The notes beneath the pieces were generated by a model that was not told the DNA's origin, made no database searches, and saw only the letters and a list, made by a program, of their open reading frames with translations. Positions 8,841 through 17,506 of a stretch of DNA of 47,472 bases are shown piece after piece; the first letter of the stretch is position 1, and each line of letters begins with the position of its first letter. Source of the stretch: a virus (Duplodnaviria > Heunggongvirae > Uroviricota > Caudoviricetes); IMG/VR virus record IMGVR_UViG_2698536559_000020; one strand, written 5' to 3'. The position numbers were made by a program, and so were the translations under genes.

Positions 8841-8893
8841 AGGTCGGTCATGAGCCTGTTAATGACATCCCAGCCCATTGTGATAAATCGTGA
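8681..8893 (+). CDS. hypothetical protein (70 aa), TTG start
   Basis: AAGGAG SD 9 nt upstream of TTG; natural-looking sequence (…[25 protein letters not shown]…). Confidence 0.4.
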   Translation: MRQVNRWFKDHYGVPVRVIRWEPETQRVIYLREGYEHECFSPLEQFRRKFREIEVGHEPVNDIPAHCDKS

Positions 8894-9842
8894 TCTTGCA
8901 TGCCGTATTGGTCTGAATGAGGCAATTGTGTTGCAGCAGCTTCATTACTGGCTGAATGAAACGAATTCCGGCACTGAGCATGGCGGAATTCGCTGGGTTT
9001 ATAACACGACAGAACAGTGGCTGGAGCAGTTTCCGTTCTGGTCAGAGTCCACTCTGAAACGCACATTTGCAAGCCTGAAATCACTTGGGGTTTTGCGTCG
9101 CGAGCAACTCAATAAATCGAAGCGTGACATGACCAACTTCTACACGATCAACTATGAAAGTGAGCTTCTAGAAGAGGTCAAAGTGAACGAATCCATCAGG
9201 TCAAAATGCACTTCTCCATCGGGTCAAAGTGACCTGATGGATGGGCGCAAAATGACACGATCCATTGGTTCAAAACGACACGCTGTCATCGGGTCAAAAT
9301 GGCCCAATGATCTTACAGAGAATACAACAGAGATTACTACAGAGAATAAAACCTCTTCTCGTCCGGACGCTTCGCAACCGGACACGCAGATGGCTGAACA
9401 GGATTTTTTAACTCGCCATCCTGATGCGGTTGTATTCAGCCCTAAAAAGCGCCAGTGGGGAACGCAGGATGATTTGACCTGCGCACAGTGGCTCTGGAAA
9501 AAAATCATCGCTCTGTACGAGCAGGCCGCCGAATGTGACGGCGAAGTGGTACGTCCTAAAGAACCGAACTGGACAGCCTGGGCAAACGAAATTCGCCTGA
9601 TGTGTGTACAGGATGGGCGTACTCACAAACAAATCTGCGAGATGTACAGCCGCGTCAGCCGCGATCCGTTCTGGTGCCGTAACGTGCTCAGCCCGTCGAA
9701 GCTGCGGGAAAAATGGGATGAGCTTTCCCTGCGCTTATCGCCGTCCGTCAGCACGCACACAGAAAAACGCGAAGACCCGTACTTCAAAGCCAGTTACGAC
9801 AACGTGGACTACAGCCAGATCCCGGCAGGATTCAGGGGGTGA
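8850..9842 (+). CDS. replication initiation protein (lambda O-like N-terminal domain)
   Basis: N-terminal …LNEAIVLQQLHYWL…IRWVYNTTEQWLEQFPFWSESTLKRTFASLKSLGVL… typical of phage replication initiators; iterons inside the gene. Confidence 0.7.
   Translation: MSLLMTSQPIVINRDLACRIGLNEAIVLQQLHYWLNETNSGTEHGGIRWVYNTTEQWLEQFPFWSESTLKRTFASLKSLGVLRREQLNKSKRDMTNFYTINYESELLEEVKVNESIRSKCTSPSGQSDLMDGRKMTRSIGSKRHAVIGSKWPNDLTENTTEITTENKTSSRPDASQPDTQMAEQDFLTRHPDAVVFSPKKRQWGTQDDLTCAQWLWKKIIALYEQAAECDGEVVRPKEPNWTAWANEIRLMCVQDGRTHKQICEMYSRVSRDPFWCRNVLSPSKLREKWDELSLRLSPSVSTHTEKREDPYFKASYDNVDYSQIPAGFRG
9190..9350. repeat. candidate origin of replication: four CATCGGGTCAAAATG-like iterons plus an 11 bp inverted repeat and an AT-rich repeat-containing flank
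   Basis: iterons at about 9194, 9218, 9262, 9288; inverted repeat CCATCAGGTCA...TGACCTGATGG; downstream ACAGAGAATA x2 AT-rich tract; located inside the initiator gene as in lambda. Confidence 0.5.
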
Positions 9843-10333
9843 TCATGAGTCTTTTGAATGACGTTCAGAAATTCATTGAAGCCCATCCGGGGTGTACTTC
9901 CGCAGACATTGCGGATGCTTTTGCAGATTACTCACGGCAGCGCGTTCTGCAGTCAGCAAGCAAGTTACGTCAGAGTGGGCGTGTGGCTCACCGTTGTGAA
10001 GGAGATACACGCAGACATTTCCCGCGCCTGACTGAGAGAGCGCAGGAGCTGGAACCACAACCAGTTCGTGAAACCAGACCTGTGCGTAATTTCTGTGTCG
10101 GCACTAACGATCCCCGGGTGATTTTATGCCTGACCCGCCAGGCTGAAGAACTGGAGTCGAGGGGGTTATACCGTCGTGCTGCAACGGTGTGGATGGCGGC
10201 ATTCCGTGAAAGCCACTCCCAGCCAGAACGAAACAATTTTCTGGCGCGTCGTGAGCAGTGCTTACAGAAAAGCAGCAAGCGCGCAGCATCGGGTGAAGAG
10301 TGGTATCTGTCAGGGAATTACGTGGGGGCTTAA
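9839..10333 (+). CDS. PerC-family transcriptional activator-like protein
   Basis: …LESRGLYRRAATVWMAAF… matches the PerC family signature; alternative start at 9845. Confidence 0.55.
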   Translation: MIMSLLNDVQKFIEAHPGCTSADIADAFADYSRQRVLQSASKLRQSGRVAHRCEGDTRRHFPRLTERAQELEPQPVRETRPVRNFCVGTNDPRVILCLTRQAEELESRGLYRRAATVWMAAFRESHSQPERNNFLARREQCLQKSSKRAASGEEWYLSGNYVGA

Positions 10334-10986
10334 TGAGTAATAAATATTGTCAGGCACTGGTGGAACTGCGGAACAAACCAGCCCATGAACTGAAGGAAGT
10401 GGGCGATCAGTGGCGCACGCCGGACAACATTTTCTGGGGAATTAACACTCTGTTTGGCCCGTTTGTTCTGGATCTGTTTACTGACGGTGATAACGCCAAA
10501 TGTGCCGCGTATTACACGGCGGAAGATAACGCGCTGGCGCATGACTGGTCAGAACGTCTTGCGGAGCTTAAAGGTGCTGCCTTTGGTAATCCCCCATACA
10601 GCCGCGCCAGTCAGCATGAGGGGCAATACATCACCGGCATGCGTTACATCATGAAACATGCCAGTGCCATGCGTGATAAGGGCGGGCGCTATGTTTTCCT
10701 GATCAAAGCGGCCACCAGCGAAGTGTGGTGGCCGGAAGATGCAGATCATATTGCTTTTATTCGCGGGCGTATTGGTTTTGAACTGCCTGCCTGGTTTATA
10801 CCGAAGGACGAGAAGCAGGTGCCGACAGGCGCTTTCTTCGCTGGTGCTATTGCTGTTTTCGACAAGACCTGGAAGGGACCGGCAATCAGCTACATCGGGC
10901 GCGATGAACTTGAGGCATGTGGTGAGGCGTTTCTGGCGCAGGTTCGCCAGCAGGCGGAAAAACTGGTCAGGGAGATGGCGGCATGA
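10333..10986 (+). CDS. phage DNA N6-adenine methyltransferase (Dam-type)
   Basis: NPPY catalytic motif (…FGNPPYSR…), size and context typical of phage Dam MTases. Confidence 0.8.
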   Translation: MSNKYCQALVELRNKPAHELKEVGDQWRTPDNIFWGINTLFGPFVLDLFTDGDNAKCAAYYTAEDNALAHDWSERLAELKGAAFGNPPYSRASQHEGQYITGMRYIMKHASAMRDKGGRYVFLIKAATSEVWWPEDADHIAFIRGRIGFELPAWFIPKDEKQVPTGAFFAGAIAVFDKTWKGPAISYIGRDELEACGEAFLAQVRQQAEKLVREMAA

Positions 10987-11309
10987 CGACGTTAACTCAA
11001 TGCCAGCAGCAGGTGCTGGATATGCTGATTTCTTACCAGAAAGAACGTGGCTTCCCGCCAACCAATCAGGAGGTGGCAACCATGCTGGGATACCGTTCAG
11101 TGAATGCAGCGGTGGAACATCTTCGCGCACTGGAGAAAAAAGGCGTCATCACGATAAAGCGTGGCGTGGCTCGGGGGATAACGCTTCATACCGCGGTGAA
11201 GGACGACGACAGCGAGGCGGTCGGGATTATCCGCTCACTGCTTGCCGGTGAGGAAAACGCAAGGCTGCGTGCAACTCACTGGTTACATGAGAGAGGCCTG
11301 AAAGTATGA
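10983..11309 (+). CDS. LexA N-terminal DNA-binding-domain homolog lacking the S24 protease domain
   Basis: about 50% identity by eye to LexA residues 1-70 (LT.RQQ.V.D.I…G.PPT..E.A..LG.RS.NAA.EHL.AL..KGVI.I..G..RGI.L); protein ends at 108 aa. Confidence 0.65.
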   Translation: MTTLTQCQQQVLDMLISYQKERGFPPTNQEVATMLGYRSVNAAVEHLRALEKKGVITIKRGVARGITLHTAVKDDDSEAVGIIRSLLAGEENARLRATHWLHERGLKV

Positions 11310-11695
11310 AGCTGATCCTGCCTTTCCCGCCCAGCGTGAACACGTACTGGCGACACCCCAACAAAGGGGCATTTGCTGGTAAGAGCCTGATAAGCGCGGC
11401 GGGGCGCAAATTCCAGAGCGCGGCGTGTGCAGCAATAGTTGAGCAGTTACGTCGTCTGCCAAAACCAACGTCGGCACCTGCTTCAGTGGAGATCGTGTTG
11501 TTTCCTCCGGATAACCGGATCCGCGATCTGGACAACTATAACAAGGCGCTGTTTGACGCCCTGACCCACGCGGGTGTGTGGGAAGACGACAGTCAGGTGA
11601 AAAGAATGCTGGTGGAGTGGGGACCGGTTATCCCGGAAGGGAAGGTTGAGATCACTATCAGTAAGTACGAGAAACCGGCGGGTGCAGCCGCCTGA
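11306..11695 (+). CDS. rusA: RusA-family Holliday junction resolvase
   Basis: …LPFPPSVNTYWRH…DLDNYNKALFDALTHAGVWEDDSQV… matches RusA. Confidence 0.8.
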   Translation: MKLILPFPPSVNTYWRHPNKGAFAGKSLISAAGRKFQSAACAAIVEQLRRLPKPTSAPASVEIVLFPPDNRIRDLDNYNKALFDALTHAGVWEDDSQVKRMLVEWGPVIPEGKVEITISKYEKPAGAAA

Positions 11696-11714
11696 TTAAG
11701 AGGAGAAACGAAGT

Positions 11715-12524
11715 ATGAATAATCTGATGGTTATTGATGGTATTGAAGTTCGTCGTGATGCTTATGGGCGTTACAGCCTGAACGATCTGCATCGGGCTGC
11801 CGGGGGAGAACAAAAAAACCGCCCGAAATACTGGCTCTCCAATAAGCAAACCTGTGAACTGATTGAACAACTTTTCACCGAGGGTGGAATTCCGCCTCTG
11901 GAAAAGAATCAACCAGTTAGCGTTATTAATGGCGGAAATAACCAGGGGACGTATGTCTGCAAAGAACTGGTGTATGCCTATGCAATGTGGATCAGTCCGT
12001 CATTCCATCTGAAGGTGATCCGTACTTTCGATATGGTAACCAGCGCACCGGAAAAATTATCCGGGCAGGCTGCTGACAAGATGCAGGCTGGTGTGATTCT
12101 GCTGGACTTTATGCGTCGGGAATTAAACCTGTCTAACTCATCTGTGCTTGGGGCTTGTCAGAAACTCCAGGAGGCTGTTGGCTTACCGAATCTGGCTCCG
12201 CGCTATGCAATTGATGCTCCTGCCGATGCACCCGATGGCTCAAGTCGCCCTACGCTGTCACTGAGTGCACTGCTGAAGCAGTATGGTATCCGCCTGACGG
12301 CTAATCAGGCATATCACCAGATGGTGAAGCTGGGGATCGTCGAGCAGCGCGAACGATACAGCCGTACCGCGATTAACAACATCAAAAAATTCTGGTCGCT
12401 GACAGCGAAAGGCTGCATGTTCGGCAAGAACATCACCAGTCCCGCAAATCCGCGCGAGACGCAGCCGCATTTCTTCGAATCCCGATTCCCTGAGCTGTTA
12501 AAGCTGCTCGATACCGTTCATTGA
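11715..12524 (+). CDS. KilA-N domain protein (antirepressor-like)
   Basis: N-terminal …YSLNDLHRAAGG…RPKYWL… KilA-N signature; AGGAGA SD. Confidence 0.65.
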   Translation: MNNLMVIDGIEVRRDAYGRYSLNDLHRAAGGEQKNRPKYWLSNKQTCELIEQLFTEGGIPPLEKNQPVSVINGGNNQGTYVCKELVYAYAMWISPSFHLKVIRTFDMVTSAPEKLSGQAADKMQAGVILLDFMRRELNLSNSSVLGACQKLQEAVGLPNLAPRYAIDAPADAPDGSSRPTLSLSALLKQYGIRLTANQAYHQMVKLGIVEQRERYSRTAINNIKKFWSLTAKGCMFGKNITSPANPRETQPHFFESRFPELLKLLDTVH

Positions 12525-12525
12525 G

Positions 12526-13521
12526 GTGACCGTGAGAGCACTACTGACCCCTGAAATAGCCCCGCGTATGGGGATCGTATTGTTCAGACCAGGTTCAGAG
12601 CTGATGCCCCTGTTTATGCAGGGGCGTGTACTGCTGGAGCCTGAGCCGGAACGTTATTCATCTTTCGCCAGTGGTGCCGTTCCCGCAGCATCACAACCGC
12701 TGGCGGATGATCCTGCTGTTCGGGCCGTGTTCCGCAATGAGGCAGTGATCCGTCGTGCTGGTGGCGTGGAATGTCTTGAAAGCTGGTTACTTCGTGAAAA
12801 GGGCTGTCAGTGGCCTCATTCCAACTGGCACAGCGAGAACATGACCACAATGCGACACGCTCCGGGCGCAATCCGTCTGTGCTGGCACTGCGATAACCAG
12901 CTGCGCGATCAGTTCACGGAACGGCTGGAATCAATGGCAACGGATAACTGTGCCCGCTGGGTGTTGTCTGTTGTGCGTCGGGATCTCGGTTTTGATGATA
13001 GTCACGTTGTGACAATGCCGGAACTGTGCTGGTGGCTGATTCGTAATGATCTGGCGGATGCCTTACCGGAAAGCGCAGCCCGTAAGGCACTGAGATTACC
13101 GAAGCCTGTTGTGCCGTCTGTCACCCGGGAAAGTGACCTTGTGCCTTCGGTTCCTGCCACCAGCATCATCCAGGATAAAGCGAAAAAGGTGCTGGCGCTG
13201 AAAGTGGATCCGGAATCGCCGGAGTCTTTTATGTTACGCCCAAAACGTCGCCGCTGGGTTAACGAAAAGTACACGCGCTGGGTTAAGACGCAGCCGTGTG
13301 CATGTTGTGGAAAGCCTGCTGATGATCCCCACCACCTGATAGGCCACGGTCAGGGTGGAATGGGTACAAAAGCGCATGACCTCTTCGTGCTGCCTTTGTG
13401 CAGAAAGCATCACAACGAGCTGCATGCGGATACCGTGGCATTTGAAGAGAAGTATGGCTCCCAGCTGGAGCTGATATTTCGTTTTATCGATCGCGCGCTG
13501 GCAACTGGCGTGCTGGCGTAA
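12526..13521 (+). CDS. DUF968-like protein with C-terminal HNH-like zinc-finger motif
   Basis: C-terminal …CACCGK…HHLIGHGQGG…CRKHHNELH… Cys/His cluster; typical of the nin-region gene of lambdoid prophages. Confidence 0.5.
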   Translation: MTVRALLTPEIAPRMGIVLFRPGSELMPLFMQGRVLLEPEPERYSSFASGAVPAASQPLADDPAVRAVFRNEAVIRRAGGVECLESWLLREKGCQWPHSNWHSENMTTMRHAPGAIRLCWHCDNQLRDQFTERLESMATDNCARWVLSVVRRDLGFDDSHVVTMPELCWWLIRNDLADALPESAARKALRLPKPVVPSVTRESDLVPSVPATSIIQDKAKKVLALKVDPESPESFMLRPKRRRWVNEKYTRWVKTQPCACCGKPADDPHHLIGHGQGGMGTKAHDLFVLPLCRKHHNELHADTVAFEEKYGSQLELIFRFIDRALATGVLA

Positions 13522-13534
13522 GTGGAGAACGAGC

Positions 13535-14287
13535 ATGAACCTTGAGGCCTTACCAAAATATTACTCCCCAAAATCTCCAAAATTGAGCGATGACGCACTG
13601 GCGACAGGCTCGGGTGGTTTAACGATTACGGATGTGATGGCTGCGCAGGGGATGGTGCAGTCAAAAGCACCGCTTGGGTTTGCTTTATTCCTGGCAAAAG
13701 TTGGTGTTCAGGATCCTCAGTTTGCGATTGAAGGTCTGCTCAATTACGCGATGGCACTGGATAACCCGACATTGAACAAATTGAGTGAAGAAACCCGGTT
13801 ACAGATCATCCCTTACCTTGTGAATTTTGCCTTTGCTGATTATTCCAGGTCTGCGGCAAGTAAGGCTCGCTGTGAGCATTGTGCAGGTACGGGATTTCAT
13901 AATGTATTGCGCGAAGTGGTGAAACACTCCAGAAGCGGGGAGTCTGTTATCAAGGAAGAGTGGGTGAAGGAATTATGTCAGCATTGTCATGGTAAGGGAG
14001 AAGTCAGCACAGCGTGCAGAGGGTGTAAGGGTAAAGGTATTGTCCTGGATGAAAAAAGGACCCGGCTTCATGGCACGCCTGTTTATAAGATTTGTGGGCG
14101 TTGCAATGGAAACCGGTTTAGCCGTTTACCAACCACACTGGCGCGGCATCATGTCCAGAAGCTGATACCAGATCTGACGGATTATCAGTGGTACAAAGGA
14201 TATGCAGATGTCATTGATAAACTGGTTACAAAGTGCTGGCAGGAAGAAGCATATGCTGAGACACAATTGAGAAAAGTGACAAGATAA
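13535..14287 (+). CDS. late-gene antiterminator Q (QuuQ-like)
   Basis: CxxC…CxxC zinc-finger region, size 250 aa, immediately upstream of late promoter, terminator and lysis region. Confidence 0.7.
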   Translation: MNLEALPKYYSPKSPKLSDDALATGSGGLTITDVMAAQGMVQSKAPLGFALFLAKVGVQDPQFAIEGLLNYAMALDNPTLNKLSEETRLQIIPYLVNFAFADYSRSAASKARCEHCAGTGFHNVLREVVKHSRSGESVIKEEWVKELCQHCHGKGEVSTACRGCKGKGIVLDEKRTRLHGTPVYKICGRCNGNRFSRLPTTLARHHVQKLIPDLTDYQWYKGYADVIDKLVTKCWQEEAYAETQLRKVTR

Positions 14288-14318
14288 ATGATTTTCACCG
14301 AAGATGGCGACATGATGC

Positions 14319-14346
14319 TTGCATTTTCAAAAAATATGGATAAAAT
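14319..14346 (+). promoter_or_regulatory. late promoter PR'-like (TTGCAT, 16 nt, TAAAAT)
   Basis: consensus-like hexamers directly downstream of Q and about 45 nt upstream of a strong terminator. Confidence 0.45.
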
Positions 14347-14393
14347 TTACCAAACGATGGGCTTTGTATGTCTACCGTTGATAAGATTTAAGA

Positions 14394-14418
14394 ACCCGCC
14401 ACTGAGCGGGTTTTTTTG
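14394..14418 (+). terminator. tR'-like rho-independent terminator (Q antitermination target)
   Basis: CCCGC-loop-GCGGG followed by T7. Confidence 0.65.
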
Positions 14419-14673
14419 TGCCCGAAAATAAGCGTGGTGCTTTAAGCTTGCTGCAGGCTGTGAGTACAGGTCGTTCTGTTTGCAGTTTTTCGATAAGAAC
14501 AATAAATCAGATGGTAATTGAAATGAAAGCTGGTTGTTAATTTCGCGTTGCGTTTTCTTTGTTTTCTGAATAATGAAACATACTAGGACATTTATGTTCA
14601 TTAATTTTGTTCTTATTGAGTATCTCTGAGTTATTCGTATCATTCTGCCGTGCCATCGCAATGATGCGATGCG

Positions 14674-14749
14674 GGCCCTTTAGCTCAGTGGTCAGAGCGA
14701 GCGACTCATAATCGCCAGGTCGCTGGTTCAAGTCCAGCAAGGGCCACCA
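14674..14749 (+). tRNA. tRNA with CAU anticodon, ileX-like (tRNA-Ile2 lysidine type, or tRNA-Met)
   Basis: cloverleaf deduced by hand; anticodon loop CTCATAA; close to E. coli ileX sequence; CCA encoded. Confidence 0.75.
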
Positions 14750-14750
14750 G

Positions 14751-14827
14751 CCGTCACTAGCTCATCGGGACAGAGCATCAACCTTCTAAGTTGATTGTGC
14801 GGGGTTCAAGTCCCCGGTGACGGTCCA
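14751..14827 (+). tRNA. tRNA-Arg (UCU)
   Basis: perfect 7 bp acceptor stem CCGTCAC/GTGACGG, anticodon loop CTTCTAA, T-loop TTCAAGT, CCA encoded. Confidence 0.7.
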
Positions 14828-14829
14828 GT

Positions 14830-14905
<76 letters not shown>

Positions 14906-14908
14906 TAT

Positions 14909-14983
<75 letters not shown>

Positions 14984-15248
14984 GTGGACATGAGTTATAA
15001 AACTTGGCAGTGCTGATGTTTTCGTGGAGAGCGAAAATTCCCTTATCCATCTCCACTCTGTGACAGACGCAGGTCGCAGACTCAGCACTGTTTTTTTTAC
15101 AGCATTCAGATGGTGCGTTGTCTGTTTTGGTTCGGAGAGACAGGGTACGTAGCGCGCAGGACCTGGACTGATGACGCGCCATCTCAATGTCGTTAATATA
15201 AGAGGTGCCCCATCACCTCAAAAATAATATATGTCGTCTTATGCGTTC

Positions 15249-15275
15249 AACCGCCGTATATGGCGGTTTTTTTTA
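15249..15275 (+). terminator. rho-independent terminator
   Basis: CCGCC-GTATAT-GGCGG followed by T8. Confidence 0.6.
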
Positions 15276-15310
15276 TTCCCTCAATTTTCTGTTTATAGAG
15301 GTTATTCGCA

Positions 15311-15805
15311 ATGCGTAATGTGTCGTTTGACGTTCGCTATTCCTTTCATCTTGAAACGATGATGGCGACCCTGTACCGAAGGCTGGAATATCTGCTTTAT
15401 TTTATTCTGATGCTGGCTGGTGGGCTTGTTCTGGCAGATGTGGGTAATACCGCGTTACAGGGGCTGGTGGTCATCATTGTTGCTTTCACTGCGCTCACAC
15501 TTCGTCCCGCAAGAAATGCGCTGCTGTGTGAATCTCAGGCCGCAAGATACCGTGAGCTCATGCATGATTTTGAGTTTCATCCGGATGAAACAGAGTTTCC
15601 CGATATGGATGAAATTGAGCTGCATGACAACACCGCAATTGGCCTGCTGAGGAATGCTGCATACAAGAGAACGCTGATAGTGCTCGGGTATTCACAGGAG
15701 GCAAATGCCATTCATCTCACAATGATGGAGAAAATCGCAGCATGGTTTGCCGGTGATCTGCCGGAAGAGTGTGTGCCCGCTGGTGCAGTGGATAACGAAA
15801 TCTGA
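15311..15805 (+). CDS. hypothetical two-transmembrane-helix protein (moron between tRNAs and lysis cassette)
   Basis: two hydrophobic helices near the N-terminus followed by an acidic soluble domain; occupies the locus where lambdoid phages carry toxin/moron genes. Confidence 0.5.
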   Translation: MRNVSFDVRYSFHLETMMATLYRRLEYLLYFILMLAGGLVLADVGNTALQGLVVIIVAFTALTLRPARNALLCESQAARYRELMHDFEFHPDETEFPDMDEIELHDNTAIGLLRNAAYKRTLIVLGYSQEANAIHLTMMEKIAAWFAGDLPEECVPAGAVDNEI

Positions 15806-15911
15806 AAATGCCTGTTTTCAGTTGAGAGATACGCTCCGGAAGACCAAACTGATTAACGCAAAGGTAATACATTTATTGTTTTGAAAATCCGATCAGCACG
15901 TTTGCTTTTCT

Positions 15912-15964
15912 GCCAGCTCCCCCAGAGCTGGCTTTTTTTGAGGTCTGCTCCGGCAGGCTTTTTT
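15912..15964 (+). terminator. tandem rho-independent terminators upstream of the Rha cassette
   Basis: GCCAGCTC…GAGCTGGC then T7; then GGTCTGCTCCGGCAGGC then T6. Confidence 0.5.
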
Positions 15965-16104
15965 ATTTCCGCGCCACGCCCGGCGCATATCAAAAACCAC
16001 AGAGCCTTACAGAAATGAGCTTCGGAGAAACACCGTAATAAGCGGCGGCTTCTCTGTGGGCGGTGTTTCTGGGCGACGAGGCTCATTTCTGTAAGGAGAG
16101 CGTG

Positions 16105-16656
16105 ATGAACTATCCAACCGTTGTTAACGGCATTGATTTTCGCGATCTTGTTTTTGTGACAGGCAACGAGCCAGTGACGGATACCCGAAAGGTTGCCGTA
16201 GCATTTGGTAAAGAACATAAAGATGTATTGCGGAAAACAAGGGCCGTCATTCAACAATGCTCAAAAGAATTTGCAGAGCGCAATTTTGCGCTTTGCTATG
16301 AAAACAATGAGTTACAGAACGGTAAACCACAGCCTGTATATCGAATGACAAAAGACGGTTGGACGATGTTGGTATTTGGTTTTACGGGGAAGGCCGCAAT
16401 GACCTTTAAGGAAGCGTACATCCAGGCTTTCAACTGGATGGCGGAGCTTATTCGGCAGGGAGTGGCAAATCTTGAGGCTGAACGCAATGCCGTCATGCTG
16501 GAATACATGAAAGAGAAGGATGTTGCCAGTATGTCGGGGCGTTTGCTTAACCGCTGGGGAAGAGTGAAAAAGCCACAGCTTCAGGCAAGGATCGAACAAC
16601 TTGAGCAGCGAGGGCAGATATCCCTGCCCGGTATCGACAGCGTATTAACACACTGA
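16105..16656 (+). CDS. Rha-family phage regulatory protein (antirepressor-like)
   Basis: …TDTRKVAVAFGKEHKDVLRKTRAV… Rha signature; AAGGAG SD 6 nt upstream. Confidence 0.75.
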   Translation: MNYPTVVNGIDFRDLVFVTGNEPVTDTRKVAVAFGKEHKDVLRKTRAVIQQCSKEFAERNFALCYENNELQNGKPQPVYRMTKDGWTMLVFGFTGKAAMTFKEAYIQAFNWMAELIRQGVANLEAERNAVMLEYMKEKDVASMSGRLLNRWGRVKKPQLQARIEQLEQRGQISLPGIDSVLTH

Positions 16657-16680
16657 GGTCTGCTACGGCAGGCTTTTTTG
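16655..16680 (+). terminator. rho-independent terminator, near-identical copy of the hairpin at 15941-15964
   Basis: GAGGTCTGCTACGGCAGGC then T6 immediately after the Rha stop codon. Confidence 0.55.
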
Positions 16681-16873
16681 TGTCGGCACACAGCAGCGCA
16701 ATAGTCACTGTTAGTTTGTTCCCGGGAGGGATAAATGAAAATTAATTCATGTTTTTTTCATGAAAAAGGTTTTTTTGTGGCGTGCGATCGCCAGGATGAC
16801 TTCTTCCTCAGTTTCGGGCCTGATATTGGCGTGGGGCGTTTCTCATTCATTCGCCCCGCGCGGGAGCATGGCG

Positions 16874-17368
16874 TTACCGCAGGGCTTTTTCAATTAACGG
16901 AAGTGCTGCCGGAATGTTCATTACCCCCTGAGTCAGTAATTGCAGGGTCAAATGTTTTATGGCGTCTGACGGAAGCTCTCGAAGTTTTGAAATCAGTCCC
17001 TTCTTCTGATCTTCAGGAATATTGGCAATCCGGATTATGTCCTCTATAGCAGTCAGGGTGCTGTGATGAAATTTTATGGTCTGAACTTTCAGTATGGCGC
17101 TCAGACCACCATCATTTCGCAGAAAATCAATGCCATTGATTGTGATTGCTGGCATCCAGACATGGCTGTATCCGCATGAGTCAAGTCGTAATCCACTGGT
17201 TATAAGACCATGACCTTCCAGATATAAAAGATTAGCAATCGCTGTTTTGTTGTCAGGGAATACCGATAACAGGCGCTTTAACTGCTCATTGTTTCTTATT
17301 TTGTCGGGGAATATGTCGTTGAGAGACGATAAGAGCTCGAGTTGCGTTTGACGATCGAACTTGTCCAT
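16874..17368 (-). CDS. hypothetical protein (164 aa), reverse-strand moron inside the late region
   Basis: AT-rich, protein-like helical sequence; the overlapping + strand ORF 16735..17049 looks less protein-like. Confidence 0.45.
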   Translation of the reverse strand: MDKFDRQTQLELLSSLNDIFPDKIRNNEQLKRLLSVFPDNKTAIANLLYLEGHGLITSGLRLDSCGYSHVWMPAITINGIDFLRNDGGLSAILKVQTIKFHHSTLTAIEDIIRIANIPEDQKKGLISKLRELPSDAIKHLTLQLLTQGVMNIPAALPLIEKALR

Positions 17369-17506
17369 GATGAGTGCTTGCTTTTGATAGTGTTAATTCA
17401 TGAAGTTTAACTCCGCCAAAGTTATTTATTCAACCGCCCTTCAGGGCGGGCAGAAGCCTTCACATCGACACTGAGGTCGCCATCCGGCGGCCTTTTTTGT
17501 ACCCGA

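Noticed and set aside
14984-15310. Shiga-toxin-type or other known toxin genes between the tRNA array and the lysis cassette
   Set aside because: No AB5-toxin-like ORFs; the locus instead holds a 2-TM hypothetical protein, Rha and glycosyltransferase-like genes.
16735-17049. Plus-strand ORF of 104 aa
   Set aside because: Overlaps the more protein-like minus-strand gene 16874..17368 and has odd composition and no SD; considered a shadow ORF.
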